Source: Camelus dromedarius
Taxonomy: Eukaryota
Direction of reading: 5' to 3'
DNA length: 64,000 bases
NCBI RefSeq assembly: GCF_036321535.1
Contig: NC_087436.1
Coordinates: 14,632,001-14,696,000 of the forward strand
Shown: piece by piece, positions 49,309 through 61,385 of the stretch
Layout of the letters: each line of letters starts with the position of its first letter
How positions within the stretch are numbered: position 1 is the first letter of the stretch
The notes under the pieces: generated by a model
Told to the model about the DNA's origin: nothing
What the model saw: only the letters and a program-made list of their open reading frames with translations
Databases searched by the model: none
Made by a program: the position numbers and the translations under genes

Positions 49309-52300
49309 GTAAGTCTCACACGTTTGAAAAATGGAAATCTTTATTTAAATGAACTGCTTCTGCCTCCTTTGGTGGAGAAATGCTTCAACTTTCAATTGCT
49401 GCTTACAACAGAAACTATCAGTGCATTATATAGCCAGTGAAAACTTATCTAAATGATAGTTTTAATAATATGACAGAGAACCTTGAGGGCAAGGTTACCC
49501 AATTCACCTTTTTGTCTCTTTCATTTATTTTTATGATATTAGAATTCTTTAAACTTACTTAAAGTTGGCAAATGTAAAAAGTAGGTTTTGAAATATGTTG
49601 GCAAATACTAAACACCCAAATTCGTGGTTTTTATTTTGTGGTAAAAGCAAAAAAGCTGATGGTACTGTCCTTATGCGTGGGAATTGCAACATTTAGCTCT
49701 TTTTTCAAGAGTTTATCTGGTACTTTAAACTGTAATATTTTCAAATCACTATTTCTTAAATTCAGACTTAATAGAGATATTACTTTTGCTGTTATACAAA
49801 ATAAAAATAGCATGCTATTGTGTGGCAGTTACGAATCAGTTTATATATAGACAATCCTGAACTAACAAACATTTTGGAGAACTCGTGCTTATCTGTAATC
49901 AGGTTATGATCTATTGAATGTTTTTCAGGATGACATTCTCCTACTCCCCACCAAGTTTTGACCTTGTTAATATTAACAGTTTTGTTATATTTTCTGAGTT
50001 ACTTGGTATTGCCATTTTGAATTACTAGCTAAAGCGATATATTTTTAGATCTTAAATGTGTTTAGTATCCTGAACACACTAAACCAAAAAAATATAAAAT
50101 AAAAAACCTGTTGGAGACTGAGTATTTGCATATATCAGTGCTATTAGTGTTTTAGTTCCCTTTTTAATTCCCCACCCCCTTGCTTTTTTTTTTTTTTTAA
50201 CTAAAAGGGAAACATTCTATTAATCAAGTAGGTTAACTCCTAACTCTCTAACTCCTAAGAAATCTTCCTCCTCCTTAGTAAAGAGAATCTTCTATTTGCT
50301 GGGACTTAAATAGCTTTTGTGAAAATATGTTTTCTAGTTACCTTAGTTCTTTTTGAATTGTTTCTGCTTCTACTCTAAATGAGTGGTGGCCATGTTGAAT
50401 ACATTTTGAGTGAGTTTTAAATGTAATACAGTTTCAACATTGAAAATAGAATATAAGTATCTCTGTCACACTCCTATTTTCTTCTTTACTATGTTTTCAA
50501 TAAGTGTTTCTTTTATTTTGTCTTCTTTCACTTTGTCACTTTTCTAACTTCTGAATGAGGTCTGTGCTCTGATTTAAGCATTTACACAGAGGCCTCTAGT
50601 AGCTTTAAAGTCATTACTAAACTAATTTATTGTTTTAATACTTCTATGAAAGAAAATACCAATAGAAGTAAATTTTTGAATTAAGGAAAAGAAATGTAGA
50701 TTTTTTTTAATTAAAGAGTTAAGATACTAACACTCAAGATAATTTTGTTCTTTCTTATTGAATATCTCTGATGGCCTTAAGTACAGTACATGGTAGATTA
50801 TGTATGTTTTCTGTCTTCATCTTTTTAACAACTACATGAAACTTAAAAGGCTCAGGAGCAGATTCTATGAGAAAAATTAATAGAGAACTTCAAGGCTTTC
50901 CCTCAGGGCTTCCTAGGGTCACTGTTCAGTTTGACTTTTCTAAGTTACTGTTATATTAAATTATAGCCTTGCATTGATAATAATGTAATATAATAATATA
51001 TTAATGCAATGTAATAATATTTGAAAAAATAAAATTCAAACTAGAACGTTTGTGGGAAGATAGTTAAAAAATAAAATTAACACATTGAGTTTTAGACTGC
51101 CTGCCAATACTTTACTATTGCATAACTCATTGACTCTGACTACTAGAAATGTTAGAGGGATAGTGTAATTATATCCTCTCCCCTCCTTTTTGCAGCTGGT
51201 TAATTTAGGTAGCTTTAAATTGATTCACATGCTCTTTGTTATTTAATTTACTAACCTTCCTTTGGTAATGTTAGTTAGACATTTTTAGTGCATTTTTATC
51301 AAAGATTTAAAGAAGACTTTTTTTGTGTGATATGTAGTTAATCATATTTTGTATCTAATATCTAATATGCCTTTCACATTAGGCATGTTTAGCTTGTTTG
51401 AGTCAGACTGTTACACACTGACAACGAAGTATACAGACTTCTCTATTTTTTAGGCCATTTTTTCCCTACCAAGTAGTGAGCTAATATATAGTGATCTCTC
51501 ACAAGACTGTATGTAGTCTTGACCTATTAAAATTTGAAAAACGTGTTATTGCCTCTCCATCCATCATAGGGGTTGATCCATTTAATGTTACACAATGAAA
51601 TAATTTTGAAAATTTTGAAAAATTCTGTAAAATGGTTGTTATAACTACAACTTCAGTTTGTAGCTCTTCAAATGTTTTCAGGAAATTTATTTACTTCACT
51701 GTTAAGTATAATATTAGTCCTGGTAGTCTATGTTATTAGCATGTGGATTATTTTGGTTTCTCATCAGAGATATATAAGTCCTATAGGTAATTCTTAGTTT
51801 CAGGAATATTTGAGAATACTTGTTGAGTATATAACTTTATTCTAAAAGAACTGATTGTCCTTTAGAGGAAGAGAAGATTTATAGGAACTCACTTACATAA
51901 AATCACTGGAAAATTGTTTTATTTTTCTTTGAAGTTGAAATAGCTAATTAGGATAATACTGTATTTCCTAAATCCTAAGGTACGTCATTATTCTACATTT
52001 TAAACACATAAGTAAGGGTACATCTTGATGGAATTTCATAGCTTATCCTACAGCATTTTTTCTTTCTAGTAATAAGAGAAGGAATGTACTTTATGATTAA
52101 TAGTAGTGTGTTAAAGAATTTACTTCAATGCTTAAACCTCATTTATTAAGTCATTTTGGTTTTGTTTGGAGACTTTTAAACATTTAAAATATTCTCACAA
52201 AGTTATCCTTCAATGTTCATATTTTGGTAGAAATTTCCAAATGACATACAACTAGTGGTTTATATAGGGCTTTTAAAGATGTCTGCTTGATTGTGCTGGT

Positions 52301-52693
52301 TTATAGACAGATAATGTTTTTTAGGGCACCTTATATATTTCTTGGGTTTGAACCATGTACTGATTGTGTAGCATAAGCATCAGCAACACAGCTGACTAGG
52401 AGAACAGGGTAGAACTGCTGGTGGGAGTAGCAGGGAGGTGAGGTGGGGCCATCGTGGTACAAGGACTTACCTGAAACCTAAGAGCTCAGGCAGTAATGAA
52501 GTATATGACTGGGATAGTTGAAGTAACTTTGTAGCGATTGTATTTCATATCAAGTTTTGTTTAAAATACCATACTTAAAATAATTTTTCTTTAAAGTGAA
52601 AATTAAATTAAAATAGAGTATTTGTGTCATTTGAGAAAATATTTGAGTTAATATTACTCCTGTGTATTGTTATCATTGAGGGTTGGCTTAAAT

Positions 52694-52875
52694 CAGGGGT
52701 CCACAAATGTTTTCTGCAAAGGGCCAGCAACTATTTTAGGCCTTGCAGACCAGCTAGTCCTAGTCACTGTTAGAACCACTCAGTTCTGCCATTGTAGCAT
52801 GAAACAGCTGTAGGCAGTACTTGAATAAGTGGGTGGATGTGGTTGTATTTCAATAAAACTTTATTTATGAAACAG
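52694..52875 (+). mobile_element. MER58-type hAT MITE (3'-truncated)
   Basis: caggggtccacaaatgttttctgcaaagggccag...ctcagttctgccattgtagcatgaaacagc...caataaaactttattta. Confidence 0.88.
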
Positions 52876-53707
52876 TGATATATAGGCTTTTATGATTACA
52901 ATGATACTATAGTAAATCTTGTGCCTGTATCATTTTGCTTGAATATAAGTTTCAGCTAATAGTAAAGTTTTATAGATTGTGAGAGCCATATATGCCTTTC
53001 ATTTCCTTTAAAAACCCTCATTCTCTCTCCTAATTATTTTGTAGTGATGTAGAGAAAAAAATTTGTGTCTAATCCCTAGCATTTTAACATACTGTTTATT
53101 AATTTCCCTCCTTGATGTACAGTAGTAGTATAATAATGCTGTTAATAATTGCTGTCATTTTAAAAGAACCTGCTGTCTCTTCTAGGCATTGTTCAGCTAT
53201 TTTGTCTATTTTAATTCATTCTTAAATGATTTAAATGTTTGTTAAGTACTATAAGTTAGGTATTATCTCCACTCACTAGACTAGAAAACTAACATTCAAA
53301 CAAGTTACCTCTCCCCAGTTTTCTTGGTAAATAGTAAGGCTGGTATTTAACCTCAGGACTCTAATGTTGCAGATAGTAGCCATTCTCTTTCTACTATGTT
53401 TTGTGACCATTGTATTTTTTTTTATGAGCTTTTTTTCAACTACTATTACATTAGTATTGTGGAGGTTAAGCCTGGGTGCCTATCACTTTTGACATTGTTT
53501 CTTTGAGAAAATACATTTGAAGATTCTACAAATAACTTTTGGTAGCATGGTACATTTATAAATTTAGGACTTTTTGTGTAATCTCTTTAAGATGTTTTAT
53601 TTGTTAAGTTACCCCATAGATTATGTAATGATTACAGTCATAAAAAACTGGAAATATTCAGACAGTATGCATGTTTGTTGTCTTTTTGTAAGCTGAGGGA
53701 TGATACC

Positions 53708-54154
53708 TGCTAAAGAAAAAATATGACCCTTGTTAAAATCGTAAGACAGACTTTATTGAGGGGGACTGTCATGATAGGTACAGGGACCTCTACATGGGGG
53801 GTTCACAGTAGGAGAGACAGATTGGGCTTAACTCTTAATATAACAAAGAAAAGTGAAACTTTATAGCCAAAGAACAGTGGGGGGTCAATGGGTAGAAAAT
53901 TACTAAGAGGTAACTTCTGGGGTAGAGAGGAGATTCTGGTTAAATGAACTTAACCAAGGTGGTCAGATGTCACCTGGGGGATGATAAAGGATAGTGAACC
54001 CAACAGATATGGAGAGGGAGATACCAAGCATGACTGATTCAGCAGGATTCTTGCTAAAATTTGGTTCATGAGAGCATGCCCAAGGACAGGGTCTAGTTGA
54101 AAAAGAGCTCAGAGGATCCTGACTAAAGTTTGGTCAAGGAGAGAATCTTTGTCA
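53708..54154 (-). mobile_element. ERV1 solo LTR (MER31/MER67-like)
   Basis: Minus strand begins tgacaaagattctctccttgaccaaactttagtcagg, has AATAAA near its end and TG...CA termini. Confidence 0.8.
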
Positions 54155-54759
54155 CACATCAGGGTCTGTGTTTGCAGACAGCAACTCAGAACAAGGTGTC
54201 TGGCAGATTAACCATCCTCAAACTGCATCAGTTTGTTCAATTAGTACTTTTGAACTTGGTGACAAAAATTAAAAATAGCATTATACCTCTCTTACCTCAA
54301 TACTCTTCTTGGATTCAAGTCCTTCCTTCATTGTTGAATTATTAATGATACTAATTTCTAAAATCCTATATTCAGAATGTTGATCTCATCAAGAATAATG
54401 TAATTTGTTTTTGTATGTATAATCTTCAGTTAGTTTAAGATATATATCATTTTAATCTTATTATGCTCCTTTAGTAGATTGTTGATGAGTCCATTGGGAT
54501 CTTTTCAGAAAGGTCTGCCAGTTTTACCAAACAGTTGTATTGACTTTGAATCAGAAAACAACAGCCATAAAATTTTCACTTGTATAAAGATTTTGTATAT
54601 ACTCAGAAAGTAAACCATCATAAACTTTTCTTGGTAAAGCAAATTTGTGGGTTATTACCGTCCTGAATTTAATAATTTGGTAATCCCCTAAATTCTCTGA
54701 GTTCAATGATGATACAGAGAATTTTAATTTTTTTCAATAATTAATATCTTTTGCTTCTC

Positions 54760-55170
54760 TTTATAAAAATTAGACATCTCAGTATGTAAGATTTAGAAAA
54801 AAATGTTTCTTTACATTTTCCTAAATTATCAGTAATTCCACTGCTCAGAAATAACCACAATAAAATTTTTAAGTGAATGATTTTTTTAACAAAATTGTTA
54901 CTTTAATTCATTTTTAATACATTGTGGTGTGCCATGGCTGTAGTTACTCAAAAGTGTATAATCTGCCAAATGAACGTATCATCATTTTCCTCTCGTTGAT
55001 TTGGCCAGTGACCTGCTTTGAACTTTTTTATACATGAATCTTTAACATCTCTGTACATATCTTTCTAGAAATAGAATTTTATTGGGTCAGGAAGTATGCA
55101 TTTTTTTTAGATTCTTGAGAAATGCTGCTAAATTATTTTCCAGGAAGATTGTACCAAATGAAAACCAGCA
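54760..55170 (-). mobile_element. Ancient L1 (L1ME-like) fragment
   Basis: taattccactgctcagaaataaccac...ttctagaaatagaattttattgggtcaggaagtatgcatt...tttccaggaagattgtaccaa. Confidence 0.65.
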
Positions 55171-57654
55171 TGAGGGACTTCTAATGTTTTAAGAGAAAGA
55201 AATCTTATTCTAAGCAGATTTATTCCTACCATGGCAAAGTTCTATGGATTTTACTTGGTTGATACTATGTTATTATATTTCTATGTTTATTATTCTAGAT
55301 TTTTTCTTGAAGGAATTTTTTTCACTTTGAGAAAATAATGGTATATGTTTAGACTTAAAACATTAGAAAAATATATAAATAGGTCCAGAAATTATTTGTT
55401 GCTCATGGTGATCCTTTTTTATTCTTTCTGGAAAATAATATTTGCCATAGATCTGTCACCTGTACTACTTTCAACTACAATTTTCTTGTCTTCCCATAGT
55501 TTTAAAAGTATTGTCTATGTTTTTATCTAAATAAATGATCCATGAGTATAGTTTTATAGTTTATCATTGAGTGAACAATTTTTATTGCATATTATGGTTA
55601 TCTCAGTTTTTGTCATTTTAGTATATACTTTTACATTTCTGAGTTTTCGTATGATATTTGTACAGTTTAAATGATAGCCTCTCCCAAAGTATATTGCTAT
55701 TAATAATCTCTACTACAGGAGTACTTTTCACGTTAGCAAAATTAGCTGCCAGAAGCACTTGCACATTTCTTAAAGCACTACGACTTAGTCTTAAATTTCT
55801 GACATAACTTTGCCTTTAGCTCCAATCCAGGTTTACCTTTTATTTTTATTTTTACATTTTAGTCTAGACATGATTAAGTCTCATTTAAGGTAATTGTAGC
55901 AAGACTGCTTTTCCAAAATGTCTTGATGCCTGAAAGAGCATTTCATGAAGCCCAGCATTTGTTTTATGGAACACTTAGCCAGGAGGAAATAAGGATATTT
56001 CCTTAACATACAGAAATACGAAGCCTTTAAAAAGCCAGCATTGTGTCCCCCTCCCCCTTACCAGCGTGTTCGTTATCTGCCGGTTATATTTGTGCCTCTT
56101 TCTCCAAATCCTTTCCATGACCTCACAGTCTAGCTTATCTCTCTGGTTGGAACCTTCCTCCTGGCACCGACTGTATCTACTACTGTCCTCATCCAGTAGT
56201 GGAACATATTGTAATTTTTGCCGTTACCTTTGGCCCTTAGACATATACGTAGCGCTCAGTGGTGTTATTTGACAGCTTCATGTAGTTGTCTTGTCTCCTC
56301 AATTAAGCTATAAACTCTTAGACTTCAGAAATTGTCTTTAATATCTTTTTATATTCCCAGTGACAGGCAAGAGAAAGTATAAATATTTGTATGACCAATC
56401 CGTTGAAGTTTTTGTTAAGCGTGGAAAATTCTTTCAGGAGTTTTTGTACTGTTAGAATATGGCATTTTTTGTTTACTAAATGTTTTTAAATGAATGTGCA
56501 GCTGTGATTTTGAATATTTCATTTTCTAAATATAACTAAACTTAGATATAGTTTGACACTTAATTTTAAAAGTAATTACTACTTAGCAGTTTTGAAAATG
56601 AAGGAGAAACAAACATAGGGTACAGTCATTTAGATAGCACTTTTTAGAGTCTACTGTAGCCAAAAAAGTCAGAAGATGCTGAAATGAAAATTATTATAGT
56701 ACTTTGGAGAGAAGGAAGAACAGGGTGATGCTATGAGCATCAAGTTTGGAGAGTGATTTTAATAGGGTACCTGAATTTTTCTAAGTGAGTACTCTAAAAT
56801 GTGGCTTTCTAAACCGTCTTTCCACACATACATTCCATTGGAACTTGAGAAAAAAAATGACATTTTCAGATCAATAGATGTATTGCCACTACTTATTTTA
56901 TCAGTATTAATTAGTTACCACAAATTAGGTCATTCTATTTTAGATCCTATCAGTTTCTTCTTAAGAATGCTTCATGCATCATGCATAAACATGAGTAAAC
57001 AGAATATGAATCATAAATTTTCTTGTGGCATTTCTGTACTGTGCGAGGCAGTGGCTGTAAACAAAAAGGTGATGATTCTTCCCCTCCGCCTGTGGATATG
57101 CAGAAGTGAAAAATGAAAGTCCTTTAAGAATCTTATAGTTAGTGGTAAAACCATAAATAAACCTTTATAGTAAAAAAGATAATTGCTTAAATGGACCCAT
57201 ATACAGAGTACTGTGGGAGCATAAGAGGATCACCCAAGTCTCAATGCAAGTAGCTCATGAAGGCTTCACAGTAACTTTAAATTAAAACATGAAGGATGCT
57301 TGCGGAGAAGATAATCAAAGAAGTTATGGATAGAAGGAACATGTATTATTGCTTGGATCCACATCTTGTTTTTTTCACATTAATTATACTGCTGCAAATT
57401 ATTCATTTTATAGCTGTATATGAAATTTATTAATAGTAATATCAGCCAAAAATATATATATTAAGAACTTAGAACAGAGTTGGGACAACTTTTCTAGAAC
57501 CTGTAGATATAACAGTGAAGTAGGTGGATAAAGATCATGCCCTCATGGAGCTTGGATTCTAATTTAGGGAAACAGAAAAGTAACTGTTAATGCGAATGTT
57601 TTGATGATGATAAAATAGGATAATAGTATAATGGAATCTAAGTTGGGGTACACG

Positions 57655-57850
57655 GGAGACACTGTTCTAAGTACTTCCCATATATGAATTCATTTAATCC
57701 TTAAAATAGCCTCATGAAGTAGACTGTATTGTATTATCCCAATTTTACAGATGAGGAATCAGAGATATAGGAAGGCTAACTAACTCGCCCTAGAGGTGGT
57801 AAGTGCCGGAGCTAAGATTCTAACCTGGGCTTCTGGCACCAGCATCAGCA
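57655..57850 (-). mobile_element. MIR SINE
   Basis: cactgttctaagtactt...tcatttaatcct...attatcccaattttacagatgaggaatcagag. Confidence 0.88.
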
Positions 57851-59134
57851 CTGTGGTGCGCTGACCTGGGGAAGGATTTGTTGAGTGAGTGGATCCTTAG
57901 CTTCCAAATGTTTCAAGGGTTAACTTTGGCCATGTAATCCTGGAGTTTTAGATACGTAGTTCATACTTTGTTTTCACAATTTATGATGACCTCAATATCT
58001 AATTGCTGATAACGTTGCTTTCTAGGTGTTTTTGTCATGAAGTGTGCCTCAGTTGTCAGATATTAATGCAAAGCAAATTATAACATGGTTTATAAATCTA
58101 CGACATCATAGAAATAACTGCCACGAATTGTTATCCGTTTTGTTGATAGATAACAATCTGAACAAAATAGTTTAGTAATTTGAACATCACAGAGCAAGGC
58201 TATTTAAATTTGTAAGTTGTGTTTTATAGAAACTAACTCAACATTAATTAAGACTTGCAATATGGGAGACAGATGAAAAAATATGCTAAAAATAAACTTG
58301 TTACGAAGCTCCTGGCAGAGTAAACAAGTAGGCAATAAATCCATGGTTTCTTGTCTGCAGACCAGAAATCCAGTAAGCCCTGAAGACTAAAAAAATATTT
58401 CAACAAATTAGCCAAACCTAACCCTAACTAACATGACAGTCGCTTTTATTGTTTATCTGAACATTCATATATTTTGTTGCAGAAATGTTTGTTGTAATGT
58501 ACTGAAAGTGTTCTGTCGTATACTGTTACATATACCACATTGCCCTTCTAAACTCCAAAAAGTTTTAAAGTTGGGATTTCTCCAAAATTGTGGAACTGAC
58601 TGCACAGACCTTGAGTTTTACAGCTGTCATCCATACATGAAAAATAGAATACACTTTGAAATGTCGAAGTAATCTTAAGTCTCTGAGTACATTCATATTT
58701 AAATGCTTTAAAACATACATTATATAAATGAATACCTAAATTTTATTAACCTGGTTACAGGCAGCTCCATATAATACAATGAAATATATTGTATATATAT
58801 ATAGTTTGGAGCGTATATATTATTTTTCTTCAGTGACTAAATGCAACTCATGCTAGCAGGCTATATACTTTAAAATGAAGGATGAGAGCCCTAACCGCTT
58901 TTTTTATTTTCCTCAGTATTTCCATGGAATATTAACACTACTAAATTAATTTTAGTTCTGCTAATATGTTTAGGCATATACATAACTCCCTGTGTGTGAT
59001 GCTAGTATAACAAAGATGAATAAGGCAGAGCCCTTCCCTTAAGGAGGCCACCGATGCTTTTTGGTCTTTGCGAGTTTTGTTTCATTGTCTGTGTCCCACC
59101 ATCACATATCACAATCAGAGGAACATGGATTAAT

Positions 59135-59252
59135 TAGTCCATTCAACAAATGAGCAGCTACTAGTTGCCAGACACAGTTCCAGGCACTTGAGATACATCA
59201 TTGAACAAAGCAGAAAAAAAATCTTACCTTTTTTATAATTTAACATTTTAGT
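59135..59252 (-). mobile_element. LINE-2 3' terminus
   Basis: ccattcaacaaatgagcagctactagttgccagacacagttccaggcacttgagatacatcattgaacaaagcag. Confidence 0.8.
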
Positions 59253-61264
59253 GACCCTGAGAATTCCATTTCAACGTGGATCTCATGTTTGGTCTGCTGC
59301 AGTTATACCGTGTGTCACCGGACTCCTTTATTCAGTTGTACACTTTTCATTTCTAAATTAACTGGTGATAATTTGTGTTATAGTTTCTTCATGTGTATCT
59401 AAGGTTACCTCCATACACATGCATGCATATGCAGACACACTCTACCTGACTTGGTAGGATTATGTTGATTACTTAATTGAAATGTATAATCTATGAGTTT
59501 TCAAATTCTATTAGGTAGTATCCAGTGTAGAATATTTTGAGGCTCTGAAAGATTAGATATGATTCCATATTATTTCATTTTTCATGTTCTTGCCAGAAAA
59601 CAGTAGTCTTTAATATCCTATCAGGTGATAGTGATCTGGATATAGTGATTTTTTTCTGGGTTGTACCGGGGTCAAAATTAGAGTTCTTGTTGACCCCTAA
59701 CTTGCTGTGGAAAGTTGCATAAATTAATGTGTGTCTCACATATAAATCAGTTAAATAATGGTAGATATAATAATGGTAGATACAAATAATGATAGATAAA
59801 ATTTAGGATTTTTTAATTGTGATGTAAATTTTACTATAGAAATAATACCAGCAAGGACTACCATTTGTGGTAAAGCCGACACTCTTATTTCCTATTGATT
59901 TTATGAGTACCCATGTGCAACTCATTTCTTTACTTATACATAATATATTGCTTTATTCCTACAATGTGTAGAAGGTAAAATAATTACAGTAGTTTTTTTT
60001 TAAGTAAATCTGATATGAGATTAATAAAAGTTTCTCTTATGATTTTGGTAGTGTCTATGTGTTTGTGTGTATATATATGAGCTGTATTAAAATGTTTTCT
60101 AGGTCTGGGGTAACAGTCAGCAGTTAGTTTTTCTCAAACATTAATGTATTAATATTGACCCTGAAGCACATAGCTGGTTAGCCATTTGTTTATGATTATT
60201 TTATGATATCTTCATGTAATGTTGGGAAAATCTGTTTTGAGAGAAAAAAAATATGATGATGTTGGATGAATTTCTGTTAAATTTCTTCTCCTTGCTAATA
60301 TTGAAAATGAAAATGGAAACTTGTCAGTTATTCCTATATTTAATTACACTTTTCTGTGTGGGTGATTTCATATAGTTCACTTGGGAATAATTTAAGCTTA
60401 AACAGCTTTTCACTAATCCACAAAAATCTCTACCATATCACTTTAGATTTTAAAATGTCATTGTTACTACTAGTTTGAACATGTAGGGGCAGTATAGTAC
60501 TGTTTTTGTAAATCTTGTCTGAATTTGTGGGTGTTATAAATCTGTAAGTGTTCTTAAAAGTTTGTACTTTGAGGAAATGCAACTTTATGTCTTACTTTTT
60601 AAAGGATGATTGGTAGTGTTTTGTTAAGTTGGAACTATTCCTTCAGTTCAGGTTCTTATATATATTATACAAAAGCTATTATATTAAAGAAGCACATAGC
60701 TTTGATTTATATTTGAAGTCAAGGAATATGTTAAGCTAGTTAACAGGGAAAATGCATTTTTATAGTTAGACAATAAAAACGAGGACAAGTGGATTCACGG
60801 AAATGCTAACATCAGTGCAATTTTCCTCTTATTCATTCTGTACCAGCCTTTCAAAATGAATGTTTAATCATGAGAATTTTTTAAATGAAGTCTTAATTTT
60901 TCAACCTGACAAGTAAATAAAACTTAGATTCCTAAACAAGCTTAAGATTCTTTAACTAGTAAATAAGTTTTCAGTGTCAAAATGATTAGGGTTATCACAA
61001 AATTTATAGTAGCTTTTTTTTTTTTTTTTCACTTAACAGAAAACAACTGAGTAGTTATCTCTTCTGTGCATTCTATCTATTCATTCAGTCTGTTCAACAA
61101 CTCTTAGGAGCCAAGGATGACTTCAGGCGTTTGGAGTATGACAGAGGATGAAACAGGCCCAAATCCTTGCCCTTGTGGAGTTTCTAGCAGGACAGCAGAC
61201 GGCTTAGGAGCAGAAATGATACAGTCATTTAGACCTGGGGTTAAGTTTTCAGCCCCACCGCTTA

Positions 61265-61385
61265 CCAAGCCGCCTCTGTAAGATGGAGATAATATAGTAC
61301 CTACTTCATAGGGTTGTTTTAAGGGTAAAATGAGACAAGGTGTAGAAAGCATGGTTATGTAATAAGAACTTAATAACTGTCATGA
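61265..61385 (+). mobile_element. MIR SINE fragment, next to an L2 tail at about 61075-61195
   Basis: ctgtaagatggagataatatagtacctacttcatagggttgttttaagggtaaaatgaga. Confidence 0.85.

Noticed and set aside
49162..49440. 92-aa ORF as a complete protein
   Set aside because: Similarity to FBXW7 gamma ends at the perfect gtaagt donor at 49309; the rest is intron.
58414..58432. Telomere-like cctaaccctaac
   Set aside because: Only about two units; compatible with chance.
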